Below are positions 47,401-62,438 of a DNA stretch of 64,000 bases, in pieces. Each line of letters begins with the position of its first letter. Positions within the stretch are counted from its first letter, which is position 1. The notes below the pieces were generated by a model. It was not told where the DNA came from and made no database searches. It saw nothing but the letters and a program-made list of their open reading frames with translations. The translations under genes and the position numbers were made by a program. The stretch comes from Convolutriloba macropyga. Taxonomy: Eukaryota. The stretch covers positions 71,424,001 through 71,488,000 of the forward strand of contig NC_134470.1 in assembly GCF_964194025.1 (NCBI RefSeq). The letters are read 5' to 3'.

Positions 47401-48699
47401 TTTCTGAACAAAAAATATTTCATGCGATTGTAAAAGGAACATCATAAAAAATCTTATAAGGTTGCACTTTCAACGGATTGTAACAAAACAAAGCAAAAGA
47501 GAAACACGCACACCAATCATCTCGTATCAGAAAATTGCCAGAAAAAGCAAAGAGTTAGCAAAAAATTTTTAATACTTTGAAAAAAAACAGTTTTTGTTTC
47601 AGTTCTTTTATGTGCTAGATGAAAGGAGCCTTTTATAGTTATTTCTCAGCAATTATCTCAAATGGTTAAGTAGTCAACTTCTGAACCAGCCCCTGGAGAT
47701 GGATTAAGTGAATAATGGTTAGAGTTTTTTGTAACTAAAGTGTAGGGCCAAATGTTTTTCTTTACTTCAGTTTGCCATATTCAAAACAAAAAGATTTGGA
47801 AAAATTGTAGAGAATCGGGAGAAAAAAATCAAGCTTTGAATCAAAAAAATTTTCCAGACTTTCATTTGGATGCCAGTATCTATTCATTCAAAGTTTTTAA
47901 GACCAATTGCTGACACAAACAAACTTTTCGGCTTGACAATTCTAGAAGACTGCTTTTGTGATAACAAATTTATTCGCAATATCTCTTAATAATAAAGCTC
48001 TTCTGACACATTGCCAAACTATCTGCGGAAGTTTCTTCAAGCTTTGCAAAATAAAAACTGCAGCATGTTAAAATTTTGTTTTCTAAGAAAGCTACCACAG
48101 TATTCATACTTTAAACGTATGGGAAGAAAAATTTTTTTTTTGAAAACAAGTTTTTAATGATTGTTTTTTTTGGCAAATAATTTTCTTCATTTTAAACAGT
48201 ACTCGAGTGACTTTGATTGCATTTAGATCAATTTCACATGTTCATAATAAAAAATAAGTAGTTAATGGCTTTTGTGGAACAATGCAAGTCAGTTATCATT
48301 AAATAGTGACAACGAATATTTCGAGATTTGCGGTGATCCTCGCTGTATCAAATTAACGAACCAGAAATTCCTCTCATTTCAAGTACAGTAACACTTAGAT
48401 AGTGTGATAGCATACTCATTACGTTATGATATGAGTTTCAATCCATTGTGTATTGACATGTTATGTTCTAACCAGGTAAACGAGTTTTCATGACATGCAC
48501 TTTCAAAAATTCAAACCTAATGCCATTGCTAACAATACAAAAAAACTGTCAGAAGATTTGGCCAAGAACCAGTAATCAAAATCACCAATATTAGGGAAAA
48601 CCTCCGGATTATGGTGCTCAAAAAGTAACTTGAACCCGTTAGCAACAAATCAATCAGAATTTCAGAAGAGAAAGCCTAAATTGAGAAAATATACTCAAG

Positions 48700-51600
48700 A
48701 TAGAAAACGTTTCTCAACGGAATATGGGACCACCAAACAATAATAGACAACACCATTCCTAGATGAGGCAGTTTGAGACAAAACACTAAGCAATGGCCTT
48801 GGACAGAAGAGTATATATTAGTATATTTGCGGAGCGAGAAGAACAGCAAAAATGGATAATTTTCAAAAATATACGGAAGTACCAAACAGAAACAGAGATC
48901 GCCGAGCAAACAGTAACTGTGACAACAGTAAACCAAGCAGACAAAAATAAATCAGAGAAATGAGACTCAGAAAGCTCATCCGAACAGTAAGTACTATCTC
49001 TAGTGGGAAAAACAAAGCAGAAACTAGTATACACAAAAAATCGTTTTCAGAATAAAAACAAAGAACTGCAAATCTATGGAATTTCACTGACAAAATATGC
49101 AGAACTCCACAACTTCACTGACATAATGAGTCTGGGCTTTACGGTTAAGAAAACAGTGTTAGACACGGGGATATCATTGCAATTTTTCCGCTACATTTTC
49201 CTCACTTTTATATAACAATCAAATTTTATCCTAAAAAGCACTTCTCATTTTATCCTACAACCAATAAATAGTTTTGAACCGAACAACATTCAGCACAAAT
49301 TTTTAGGCAACCGAACAATTGCAGTAATGGGGAAATTAGAGATCAACGCCAAATAAAACAATATGAAACTTTTGAAAATAAAAATATCTCATGGCTACCA
49401 AAAGAAACACATGAAACAATATCAAACTACCAATTTAGATGTATTTTAACTTAGATGAAATTGTTATTAACGGGTGTAACTTTTTAGGTTCTATTCAAGC
49501 ACTAAATCCAATTGAAATACAAAATTATTATAGAAAAAGAGTGTTGTGCCAGTAAACCTAAAACATGAACTTAACTTTGATTGAGAAAAATTCATCAGTG
49601 AAGAGCGACTTTTCCGAAAAAAATAAACCAAGAAAAAAGAGCGAGTTTTCCGAGTCATGTGTAAGTAAAAATGCTGGAAATTGCGTTTGATCCAAGAAAC
49701 CGACACAGCATTTATAGCTATAAATTAAGCATAAATTCCAAACAACGAGTCAATAATAGCATAAATCTCTCTGCAGTTTAAGAAAACGACGATCACCACT
49801 ATACTTATCCTCTGTAGTCCTAAAATAAGCTTCAGGGCACGCAAAGTCGTATCCAGATGCCGCAAAACACTGTATAGATAATCCCAAGATTTGCTGCCAA
49901 ATTGCTGGGCACTACGGATACATTAGAATACTTTGCGGACTTGCGGACGTATTAGTTATATTCCAATGAAAAATCACAGTTTAGGTTTAGCAAAACCCCA
50001 GTTTAGCAAAACTAGATAATAGTTAAAACGAAATAAAATTAAGGCAGAAAGATCATTTTTGGTAGAATCGGTGCAATAACCGCATTAATCTGTGTTAATT
50101 GTGCATTAACCACTATCAAAAATGCAGGAGAAACCATGAAAATATTGAATTAACGCAAAACCGAACAAGATCTTATCGATACCTAGAATTTAAAATGTCG
50201 CAACGTCGCAACACTCAAAACGATAGAATTTTGTAACTAAGTAGTTGTACCCTGCGTCAACTAAATAGTTGGACCTTGCGTCAATTTTGTAACTAAATAG
50301 TTGGACCTTGCGTCAATTTTGTAACTAAATAGTTGGACCTTGCGTCAATTTTGTAACTAAATAGTTGCACCTTGCGTCAATTTTGTAACTAAATAGTTGG
50401 ACCTTGCGTCAATTTTGTAACTAAATAGTTGTACCTTGCGTCAATTTTGTGACTAAATAGTTGTACCTTGCGTCAATTTTGTAACTAAATAGTTGGACCT
50501 TGCGTCAATTTTGTAACTAAATAGTTGTACCTTGCGTCAATTTTGTAACTAAATAGTTGGACCTTGCGTCAATTTTGTAACTAAATAGTTGCACCTTGCG
50601 TCAATTTTGTAACTAAATAGTTGGACCTTGCGTCAATTTTGTAACTAAATAGTTGCACCTTGCGTCAATTTTGTAACTAAATAGTTGGACCTTGCGTCAA
50701 TTTTGTAACTAAATAGTTGTACCTTGCGTCAATTTTGTAACTAAATAGTTGGACCTTGCGTCAATTTTGTAACTAAATAGTTAGACCTTGCGTCAATTTT
50801 GTAACTAAATAGTTGTACCTTGCGTCAATTTTGTAACTAAATAGTTAGACCTTGCGTCAATTTTGTAATTAAATAGTTGTACCTTGCGTCAATTTTGTAA
50901 CTAAATAGTTGCACCTTGCGTCAATTTTGTAACTAAATAGTTGTACCTAGCGTCAATTTTGTAACTAAATAGTTGGACCTTGCGTCAATTTTGTAACTAA
51001 ATAGTTGGACCTTGCGTCAATTTTGTAACTAAATAGTTGTACCTTGCGTCAATTTTGTAACTAAATAGTTGGACCTTGCGTCAATTTTGTAACTAAATAG
51101 TTGCACCTTGCGTCAATTTTGTAACTAAATAGTTGGACCGTGCGTCAATTTTGTAACTAAATAGTTGCACCTTGCGTCAATTTTGTAACTAAATAGTTGG
51201 ACCTTGCGTCAATTTTGTAACTAAATAGTTGTACCTTGCGTCAATTTTGTAACTAAATAGTTGGACCTTGCGTCAATTTTGTAACTAAATAGTTAGACCT
51301 TGCGTCAATTTTGTAACTAAATAGTTGTACCTTGCGTCAATTTTGTAACTAAATAGTTAGACCTTGCGTCAATTTTGTAATTAAATAGTTGTACCTTGCG
51401 TCAATTTTGTAACTAAATAGTTGCACCTTGCGTCAATTTTGTAACTAAATAGTTGTACCTAGCGTCAATTTTGTAACTAAATAGTTGGACCTTGCGTCAA
51501 TTTTGTAGCTAAATAGTTGCACCTTGCGTCAATTTTGTAACTAAATAGTTGGACCTTGCGTCAATTTTGTAACTAAATAGTTGCACCTTGCGTCAATTTT

Positions 51601-54600
51601 GTAACTAAATAGTTGGACCTTGCGTCAATTTTGTAACTAAATAGTTGCACCTTGCGTCAATTTTGTAACTAAATAGTTGGACCTTGCGTCAATTTTGTAA
51701 CTAAATAGTTGCACCTTGCGTCAATTTTGTAACTAAATAGTTGGACCTTGCGTCAATTTTGTAACTAAATAGTTGCACCTTGCGTCAATTTTGTAACTAA
51801 ATAGTTGTACCTTGCGTCAATTTTGTAACTAAATAGTTGTACCTTGCGTCAATTTTGTAACTAAATAGATAGACCTTGCGTCAATTTTGTAACTAAATAG
51901 TTGTACCTTGCGTCAATTTTGTAACTAAATAGTTGTACCTTGCGTCAATTTTGTAACTAAATAGATAGACCTTGCGTCAATTTTGTAATTAAATAGTTGT
52001 ACCTTGCGTCAATTTTGTAACTAAATAGTTGCACCTTGCGTCAATTTTGTAACTAAATAGTTGGACCTTGCGTCAATTTTGTAACTAAATAGTTGCACCT
52101 TGCGTCAATTTTGTAACTAAATAGTTGGACCTTGCGTCAATTTTGTAACTAAATAGTTGTACCTTGCGTCAATTTTGTAACTAAATAGTTGGACCTTGCG
52201 TCAATTTTGTAACTAAATAGTTAGACCTTGCGTCAATTTTGTAACTAAATAGTTGTACCTTGCGTCAATTTTGTAACTAAATAGTTAGACCTTGCGTCAA
52301 TTTTGTAATTAAATAGTTGTACCTTGCGTCAATTTTGTAACTAAATAGTTGCACCTTGCGTCAATTTTGTAACTAAATAGTGGTACCTAGCGTCAATTTT
52401 GTAACTAAATAGTTGGACCTTGCGTCAATTTTGTAACTAAATAGTTGGACCTTGCGTCAATTTTGTAACTAAATAGTTGCACCTTGCGTCAATTTTGTAA
52501 CTAAATAGTTGGACCTTGCGTCAATTTTGTAACTAAATAGTTGTACCTTGCGTCAATTTTGTAACTAAATAGTTGTACCTTGCGTCAATTTTGTAACTAA
52601 ATAGTTGCACCTTGCGTCAATTTTGTAACTAAATAGTTGGACCTTGCGTCAATTTTGTAATTAAATAGTTGTACCTTGCGTCAATTTTGTAACTAAATAG
52701 TTGCACCTTGCGTCAATTTTGTAACTAAATAGTTGTACCTAGCGTCAATTTTGTAACTAAATAGTTGGACCTTGCGTCAATTTTGTAACTAAATAGTTGG
52801 ACCTTGCGTCAATTTTGTAACTAAATAGTTGCACCTTGCGTCAATTTTGTAACTAAATAGTTGGACCTTGCGTCAATTTTGTAACTAAATAGTTGTACCT
52901 TGCGTCAATTTTGTAACTAAATAGTTGGACCTTGCGTCAATTTTGTAACTAAATAGTTAGACCTTGCGTCAATTTTGTAACTAAATAGTTGTACCTTGCG
53001 TCAATTTTGTAACTAAATAGTTAGACCTTGCGTCAATTTTGTAATTAAATAGTTGTACCTTGCGTCAATTTTGTAACTAAATAGTTGCACCTTGCGTCAA
53101 TTTTGTAACTAAATAGTTGTACCTAGCGTCAATTTTGTAACTAAATAGTTGGACCTTGCGTCAATTTTGTAACTAAATAGTTGGACCTTGCGTCAATTTT
53201 GTAACTAAATAGTTGTACCTTGCGTCAATTTCGTAACTAAATAGTTGGACCTTTTGTCAATTTTGTAACTAAATAGTTGTACCTTGCGTCAATTTTGTAA
53301 CTAAATAGTTGGAACTTGCGTCAATTTTGTAACTAAATAGTTGTACCTTGCGTCAATTTTGTAACTAAATAGTTGTACCTTGCGTCAATTTTGTAACTAA
53401 ATAGTTAGACCTTGCGTCAATTTTGTAATTAAATAGTTGTACCTTGCGTCAATTTTGTAACTAAATAGTTGCACCTTGCGTCAATTTTGTAACTAAATAG
53501 TTGTACCTTGCGTCAATTTTGTAACTAAATAGTTGGACCTTGCGTCAATTTTGTAACTAAATAGTTGTACCTTGCGTCAATTTTGTAACTAAATAGTTGT
53601 ACCTTGCGTCAATTTTGTAACTAAATAGATAGACCTTGCGTCAATTTTGTAATTAAATAGTTGTACCTTGCGTCAATTTTGTAACTAAATAGTTGCACCT
53701 TGCGTCAATTTTGTAACTAAATAGTTGTACCTAGCGTCATTTTTGTAACTAAATAGCTGTACCTTGCGTCAATTTTGTAACTAAATAGTTGGACCTTGCG
53801 TCAAATTTGTAACTAAATAGTTGGACCTTGCGTCAATTTTGTAACTAAATAGTTGGACCTTGCGTCAATTTTGTAACTAAATAGTTGCACCTTGCGTCAA
53901 TTTTGTAGCTAAATAGTTGTACCTTGCGTCAATTTTGTAACTAAATAGTTGGACCTTGCGTCAATTTTGTAACTAAATAGTTGTACCTTGCGTCAATTTT
54001 TTAACTAAATAGTTGTACCTTGCGTCAATTTTGTAACTAAATAGTTGGACCTTGCGTCAATTTTGTAACTAAATAGTTGGACCTTGCGTCAATTTTGTAA
54101 CTAAATAGTTGTACCTTGCGTCAATTTTGTAACTAAATAGTTGGACCTTGCGTCAATTTTGTAACTAAATAGTTGGACCTTGCGTCAATTTTGTAACTAA
54201 ATAGTTGTACCTTGCGTCAATTTTGTAACTAAATAGTTGTACCTTGCGTCAATTTTGTAACTAAATAGTTGCACCTTGCGTCAATTTTGTAACTAAATAG
54301 TTGTACCTTGCGTCAATTTTGTAACTAAATAGTTGGACCTTGCGTCAATTTTGTAACTAAATAGTTGTACCTTGCGTCAATTTTGTAACTAAATAGTTGT
54401 ACCTTGCGTCAATTTTGTAACTAAATAGTTGGACCTTGCGTCAATTTTGTAACTAAATAGTTGTACCTTGCGTCAATTTTGTAACTAAATAGTTGGACCT
54501 TGCGTCAATTTTGTGACTAAATAGTTGACCTTGCGTCAATTTTGTAACCAAATAGTTGTACCTTGCGTCAATTTTGTAACTAAATAGTTGTACCTTGCGT

Positions 54601-57000
54601 CAATTTTGTAACTAAATAGTTGGACCTTGCGTCAATTTTGTAACTAAATAGTTGGACCTTGCGTCAATTTTGTAACTAAATAGTTGTACCTTGCGTCAAT
54701 TTTGTAACTAAATAGTTGTACCTTGCGTCAATTTTGTAACTAAATAGTTGCACCTTGCGTCAATTTTGTAACTAAATAGTTGTACCTTGGGTCAATTTTG
54801 TAACTAAATAGTTGGACCTTGCGTCAATTTTGTAACTAAATAGTTGTACCTTGCGTCAATTTTGTAACTAAATAGTTGTACCTTGCGTCAATTTTGTAAC
54901 TAAATAGTTGGACCTTGCGTCAATATTTGACAAAATTGAAAACAGCTCAAGAAAACCTGGAAACCCAATAACTCAAGAAACTCTAGAAACCCAATAGCTC
55001 AAGAAACCCAATGTCTGCAAAAATCAATGAGGCCAAAAAATCCAAAGTTTCATTTAGGGTTAAAATATAGAGAAATCTTACGGTTGATTTAGGTTATATA
55101 ACACTTATTGGCGTTCCTGACCAACTAAAACCGACAAAAGGGCATATCGAAACAGCAGATACCAATCAATGACTTTATATCAAGTACGTCATAAGTCAAT
55201 TAATGGTAATCCCTGTACGTCATAGGTCAGTTAATGGTAACCTTGATCTATTTTTGGGAAAATTTTACGAAAGCCTATTGTAACTTTATTAACCAATGAA
55301 TTTAGTGGGGCTACCGGACAGCCCTTGTTTTTATCACAGACGCCGAAGTCTAGGACCCCCAATTATGGCCAATATTGTAATAAATTGGACACCAAAAAGC
55401 GGAGCTTACAAATCAATACGGTCAATTACTGCATTCTCTAAGAGCTATTTTAGATTTCATTCACGACACATTACAAAAGAAATCAAAATTTACAACCAAG
55501 CGTCACTAAATTCAACGAGTCTGATAATAGCACGGAGAGAAATTTGGGTCTACGATCTACCTAGGACCAAAAGACTCCAGGATAACCATCACGGTGGAAA
55601 TTAAATCTGAAGAGTGTATCAGATTTCTACCACAAAATCCAATAAAATAACAATCCATAATCTCTATGCTTATACAAGCTGCCCTTTTTGAGTAGATCAA
55701 TTCTATAGAGTCTCATACACAGCTCAAAATGCATCAAAGGGAGATTTGGAAGACCAGAGAACGGATAATACAGAACAAATAAACAGACAATAACAATAAC
55801 ATCATCAACAAGCGTCGACAGAAACAGCATCCTACCGTAGAAGAAATCAAAACATAATATTTGATTACACCACAACAGAAAACCGTTACAAGATATCGAT
55901 TCAATGTTTTACAACTTTGTGCAAAATCAAAGAGCAAAGATAGCTTAAATTTCGGGCAGTAAACCCAAACGAATTGGTATCAGACAGTCAACCTAAAATG
56001 AAGACACTTAAGGGGAAACATTGAAACAACAATGGGATCAGCATTGCTGGACAAAAAACATCTCCACCGCATAATGCTCAAAGAAATAGTGTTTGTCGGC
56101 CTGGAGCAGATCAGAGATTTGTCAAACGCAAACATAGGGGGCCTTCAAATGAAATACCGGCCAATTATGTGAGCCAAAATAAAAAAAAGTGGGTGAACAA
56201 CCAACCTGCATGACTGGGTATCAAATTCCAAAATCAAGAAACTAAAAATCAGACGAAGAGACTCTTACTGACCAATAAAACTTAGCATAACAAAGGTTTT
56301 TTTTAAATAAAATATTGTCGTTATATTGATATTGAAAATAGACGAATGTAAAATTCATAAATAATACGTGAGTTAAAACGTCAAATATTTTCATTGAAGG
56401 CATCATAACAGAAAACAGTTGGCCAAAAACAAAAGAAAAAGACAACGATTGGCGTTTCAAAAAGAAAATAAAATTTGCAATCGGGAAATATAGCAATCAG
56501 CAATATATAACACAATATGTTTGCACCGGAGTTGCAAGCTTTGAAGGACATATCGGAGCGATTAGATACAAACTAAACAAAAAATTCCGTAATTAAAACC
56601 ATTACAAGAAATGTTAAAGATGAACTACAAATTTATTTGTTCTCTTGCATTCATCCATAAAAGAGACACTGTGTTAAAATAATTATTGACAGAGAACAGA
56701 AAATAACAATTACATTCTGTTTTTAAACCGACTTCAGCAATTCAGCAGACAATGAATATTGAAATAGTCTAGGACTTACGCAGAAAAAATATTGTGAAAA
56801 GAAATTCTGCTCATGGCCAAGCGTAAAATTTAAACTTACATCCTATTGAAGAAAACAAGCGGAGTCTGAGTGAAAAAGTAACAAAAAATCAAAACTATGG
56901 GGAATCAAAATTTACGCTAGATTATTTGATGTTATAAGAAAAAAAAGTAAAATTAAAAGCTAAGACATGAAGTTCTATAACCAAAAATTTGAACAAAAAA
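48700..57000 (+). mobile_element. Heavily decayed Gypsy/Ty3-type gag-pol remnant, split by the 32-bp satellite (boundaries approximate)
   Basis: Ordered remnants: protease VLDTGIS (DTG at 49162-49170); RT LEIAFDPRN (~49675), YLSSVVLK*ASGHAKSYPDAAKHC (49802-49873) and GHYGYIRILCGLADVLVIFQ (to 49966) in one frame, cf. FSTIDLKYAYSQL.LHPDTAKHC and GTYRF.TGFYGLTDMPAEFQ; degenerate LDN at ~50012; RNase H-like FITDA at ~55330; weak integrase-like sequence 56000-56830. No LTRs identified. Confidence 0.65.
50228..54923. repeat. 32-bp tandem satellite, ~146 copies (AATTTTGTAACTAAATAGTT[GG/GT/GC/AG]ACCTTGCGTC)
   Basis: Head-to-tail units with no spacers; variation concentrated at one dinucleotide. Confidence 0.99.
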
Positions 57001-58563
57001 TTACAAACGGAAATAAAACATACCATCGAACCAAAATGGCAACCTTAACCAGAAGACACTATGATATGATTTAAGAGTCTTAAAGCGACCACTAAGAAGA
57101 CAGAGAAAACAAAATCTAGAAAACTAGAAGGTCTGGTCAAGCTAAAGCGTTCTTGAGTGCAAATAAATAGAAAGAAATTAACTACGCTATTTGTAACTTA
57201 AGGAACCAATAGCGCCAATTGAAGGATATCACATTTCGCACAAAAATCATAAGGTGTTTTCACAGAAAAGAGTATCTCTGACCCTGCTGGAGGAATTTTT
57301 AATTCAGATTTAACAGACACCTCGGACATCAATTCCAATTCGTTCTCAACAGAGCAATTAAGTAGCCAGAGATTAAAAGAGTTAGAATTGAGTCTAAGAT
57401 ATTCACCTGGAAGTGTCTGATAGGCACAACCATCATAGAATAACCCCCAGGAGCACCTGAAATACCAGCGATAGACAGTGAAAACCCTAGCCGCGGAAAT
57501 TTTTAAAATAGCCCAAACACGAAATAAATCAAAACTGAATACAAAAAATGTTTTTTTTTTAACTAGTAGAATTGAATAATCAGATAACTGTTGCAAGAAC
57601 TGTTGCAAGTATACCGACAGCAACCAAAAACAAGAGCCAACTCTGGTAATAAAAAAATAACTATGAAATAATAGAAAAATGGCTGATAGTCGGAATATAG
57701 ACAAAATTAAGATACAAGAGTCAGATCCAGAAAAAAAGCTACAGAAGAACAGTTTACTTAGCGAACCTAAGAAAATAGTGACAACAAAAACGCAATAACT
57801 AATCCAGCTCGGCAGCAATCACCAACAACAAAGACGAAGACTAACGAATGCATCAGTGGCTTTTTAATGGGGTGGTTAAAAATATTGAAATTTTAGAGTT
57901 TCACTCTAGTTCCGCCTCAGGGTTGTCAACATGTTCATTGAAGACGATAAAGAAACTGGAGAGCATAACCAAGCAGCATGTGTTTTATTATCTTGTTATT
58001 TATTTATCCTGTTGTTTATTAACTTGTTAATCTTAAAAAATATGATATTTTATTTAAATTAACATAATTATTACTAGCAAGGATATAGTTTTTTTAAAAC
58101 ATTGCTTTTTCCTTTTTTTTTAAATTTTATTTTCTTCCCGTACCTAACTCCAAGTGTGGTTCAGTAATGGACCAGTATAAACGCAAGTGTTTCTTTACAA
58201 ATCAGTACTGAAGCATTACAATGTCAAGTGCATTAGTCATATAAGACTTGAATTGCACTTGGTAAGTGATTTCCAAGTGAAAACTAACTTTATAAAAAAA
58301 TCAAGTGAAAACTTCGAATTCCAGAAATTTTTATAACATGCCACGATTTTCGCGTTCATTTTTGGTCGCTTTTCCGGGGTGCTATGAAATGATGCCAGGA
58401 GCATAACAAACGGTAATTTAGCACCCCGGTGAGTCCATGTGCTCAAATCCGGAGCGATTGAGGGAATTTCAGGTTTTCTGGGCCGTTTTGTGGCCGTTTC
58501 AGCCTGTTTTTGGCCAGATTTTCACGAAATTTACATTTCAGATAGGTGCAATGTCTCCACTCA

Positions 58564-60713
58564 AAGATTGTCAGGGCGAAATGTTTTGTGAAATTTGTTC
58601 TATCCCTGGGTACTAGCTAGTAAAAGAGCCGCTCTTGCCATCAGTTAGTTAATCTATAGTCTATGATCAAAATTTTACGAACGAGCACAAGTTGACTGGT
58701 ATCTAAATAGGTGAGTAAAAATGGGTCGTCTTTTTTTGGCTATCTTTTGGCTATTTTTTTAAACGTTTTTTCGGCTATTTTTGACATTTTTTACGGCTGT
58801 TGTTGACGTATTTTTGAGTAAAAAAAATCAGAATTGGTGCCAGTCTGGCAGGTAAAAGATTACAGTTTACGCAAGTCTGCCCATTGTAAAAATAAGGATG
58901 AACGCACGTTTGGCAAGTCAAAAGAGTGACATCAATCAGTCTTTGATTCAGTAATGATGACAAATTGCATTTTTACTGGCTCATCACTGAAACGCACTTG
59001 GATTTAGGTACGCGTTGTATCTATCTCTCTTTTAAAAAGTTTGTATTGGTTTATTAGGTTAGATAAATTAAAACTAACTTGACTATTTTTTCGTTTTCTT
59101 CTCTGAGTAACAATATTTATTTCGTTATTACCAAATTACCATCAAGCTTTTTATTGTTTTTTTCTTGAAATTGTTATTATTACCAATATTCTTTTAAATT
59201 TTGTCATTAATTTTACAATAGTTACTACTATTATTATCAATAGCATTATTATTATTATTATTTTCAATATTATTTTTTTTATTTTTATTATTATTATTAT
59301 TGTCATTATTTTTTATCTAATATTACTATTTTTATTATATTACAGTTATTTTTATTGATACTTTTATTAATAAAATTTATATTATTAAGACTATTAATAC
59401 TAATATTAAAATTAATATTAATATTGNNNNNNNNNNNNNNNNNNNNNNNNNNNNNNNNNNNNNNNNNNNNNNNNNNNNNNNNNNNNNNNNNNNNNNNNNN
59501 NNNNNNNNNNNNNNNNNNNNNNNNNNNNNNNNNNNNNNNNNNNNNNNNNNNNNNNNNNTTGTTATTAATTTTTTTATTATCATTAATTTCAAATTTTTAT
59601 TTGCGTTTCTGTTACAATATAGTTATTCTTGTGGTTGCTATTATTGTGCAATTATTTCATCTAACGTTTTTACTTTCATATTTGTAGTTTTCTGATTAAG
59701 ATTGTTCTTTTTTTCTTTGACATCTAGGTGTCTCATTTTTTGCCCTTCTTAGATTTTCTCTGTGATTTACCTTAGCCACATTTATAGTTTACTCTGTACT
59801 TTAAAAACACTTACCATGTTTAGCCATTGTTTTCATTATCCCATAGTTATCAAAACTCTCAGCTTTTAAAGTTTCAATGTATTTCATTAAAGTTTTCCCT
59901 TTATCATTTCAGTCTGTCTTTTATGTTGTCACTATTATGTCTTTTTTTTCTCTTTTTTTGTTAGAGCATATTTTGATTACAGATAATATTGTGTAATGCA
60001 AATTACATAGAGGTTTCTTTTGAAAAAAATTTTTTTTGTCGAAGATTGTCAGGGCGAAATGTTTTGTGAAATTTGTTCTATCCCTGGGTACTAGCTAGTA
60101 AAAGAGCCTCTCTTGCCATCAGCTAGTGAATCTATAGTCTATGATCAAAATTTTACAAACGAGCACAAGTTGACTGTTATCAAAATCGGTGAGTAAAAAT
60201 GGGTCGTCTTTTTTTTGGCTATCTTTTCGCTATATATTTTCGTTTTTTCGGCTATTTTTGACGTTTTTTGCGGCTGTTGTTGACGTATTTTTGAGTAAAA
60301 AAATCAGAATTGGTGCCAGTCTGGCAGGTAAAAGATCACAGTTTGCGCAAGTCTGGCCATGGTAAAAATAAGGATGAACTCACGTCTGGCAAGTCAAAAA
60401 AGGGACATCAATCAGTCTTTGATTCAGTAATGATGACAAATTGCATTTTTACTGGCCCATCACTGAAACGCACTTGGATTTAGGTACGCATTGTATCTAA
60501 CTCTCTTTTAGATAAAATAAAACTAACTTGACTATTTTTTCGTTTTCTTCTCTGAGTAACAATATTTATTTCGTTATTACCAAATTACCATCAAGATTAT
60601 TGTTGTTTTTTTCTTGAAATTGTTATTATTACCATTATTCTTTTACATTTTGTCATTAATTTTACGATAGTTACTACTATTTTTATCAATAGCATTATTA
60701 TTATTATTTTTAA

Positions 60714-60770
<57 letters not shown>

Positions 60771-62407
60771 CATTACTTTTATCTAATATTACTATTTTTT
60801 TATATTAAAGTTATTTTTATTGATACTTTTATTAATAGTATTTATATTATTAAGACTATTAATACTAATATTAATATTAATATTAATATTAATATTGGTA
60901 TTTTATTAATATTATTACAATTATTTTTATTATTTTTTTTATTATTATTTATTTTGTTGTTGTAATTATTACATTTATTGTTATTAATTTTATTACTATC
61001 ATTCATTTCAAATTTTTTTTGCGTTTCTGTTACAATATAGTTATTTTTGTGGTTGCTATTATTGTGCAATTATTTCATCTAACGTTTTTACTTTCATATT
61101 TGTAGTTTTCTGTTTAAGATTGTTCTTTTTTCTTTGACATCTAGGTGTCTTAATTTTTGCCCTTCTTAGATTTTCTCTGTGATTTACCTTAGCCCCATTT
61201 ATAGTTTACTCTGTACTTTAAAAACACTTACCATGTTTAGCCATTGTTTTCATTATCCCATAGTTATCAAAACTGTCAGCTTTTAAAGTTTCAATGTCTT
61301 TCATTAAAGTTTTCACTTTATCTTTTCAGTCTGTCTTTTATGTTGTCACTGTTTTTTTTCTTTTTTTTGTTAGAGCATATTTTGATTACAGATAAAATTG
61401 TGTAATGCAAATTACATAGAGTTTCTTTTGAATAAAATTTTTTTTGTCGAAGATTGCAGGGCGAAGATTGTCAGGGCGAAATGTTTTGTGAAATTTGTTC
61501 TATCCCTGGGTACTAGCTAGTAAAATAGCCTCTCTTGCCATCAGTTAGTTAATCTATAGTCTATGATCAAAATTTTACAAACGAGCACAAGTTGACTGGT
61601 ATCAAAATAGGTGAGTAAAAATGGGTCGTCTTTTTTTTGGCTATCTTTTCGCTATTTTTTTTCGTTTTTTCGGCTATTTTTGACGTTTTTTACGGCTTTT
61701 GTTGACGTATTTTTGGTTAAAAAAATCAGAATTGGTGCCAGTCTGTCAGGTAAAAGATCACAGTTTGCGCAAGTCTGGCCATTGTAAAAATAAGGATGAA
61801 CGCACGTCTGGCAAGTCAAAAAAGTGACATCAATCAGTCTTTGATTCAGTAATGATGACAAATTGCATTTTTACTGGCCCATTACTGAAACGCACTTGGA
61901 TTTAGGTACGCGTTGTATCTAACTCTCTTTTAAAAAGTTTATATTGGTTTATTAGGTTAGATAAATTAAAACTAACTTGACTATTTTTTCGTTTTCTTCT
62001 CTGAGTAACAATATTTATTTCGTTATTACCAAATTACCATCAAGATTATTGTTATTTTTTTCTTAAAATTATTATCATTACCATTATTTTTTTAAATTTT
62101 GTCATTAATTTTACGATAGTTANNNNNNNNNNNNNNNNNNNNNNNNNNNNNNNNNNNNNNNNNNNNNNNNNNNNNNNNNNNNNNNNNNNNNNNNNNNNNN
62201 NNNNNNNNNNNNNNNNNNNNNNNNNNNNNNNNNNNNNNNNNNNNNNNNNNNNNNNNNNNNNNNNNNNNNNNNNNNNNNNNNNNNNNNNNTTTTATTATAT
62301 TACAGTTATTTTTACTGATACTTTTATTAATAATATTTATATTATCAAAACTATTAATACTAATGTTAATATTAGTATTAATATTGGTATTTTTTTTAAT
62401 ATTATTA

Positions 62408-62438
<31 letters not shown>

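Noticed and set aside
50228-54923. CRISPR array (32-bp repeat length)
   Set aside because: Units are contiguous with no unique spacers, no cas genes, and the context is eukaryotic.
57198-57818. 206-aa hydrophobic minus-strand ORF as a membrane protein
   Set aside because: Explained as the antisense of A-rich decayed sequence (T-rich codons); no motifs.
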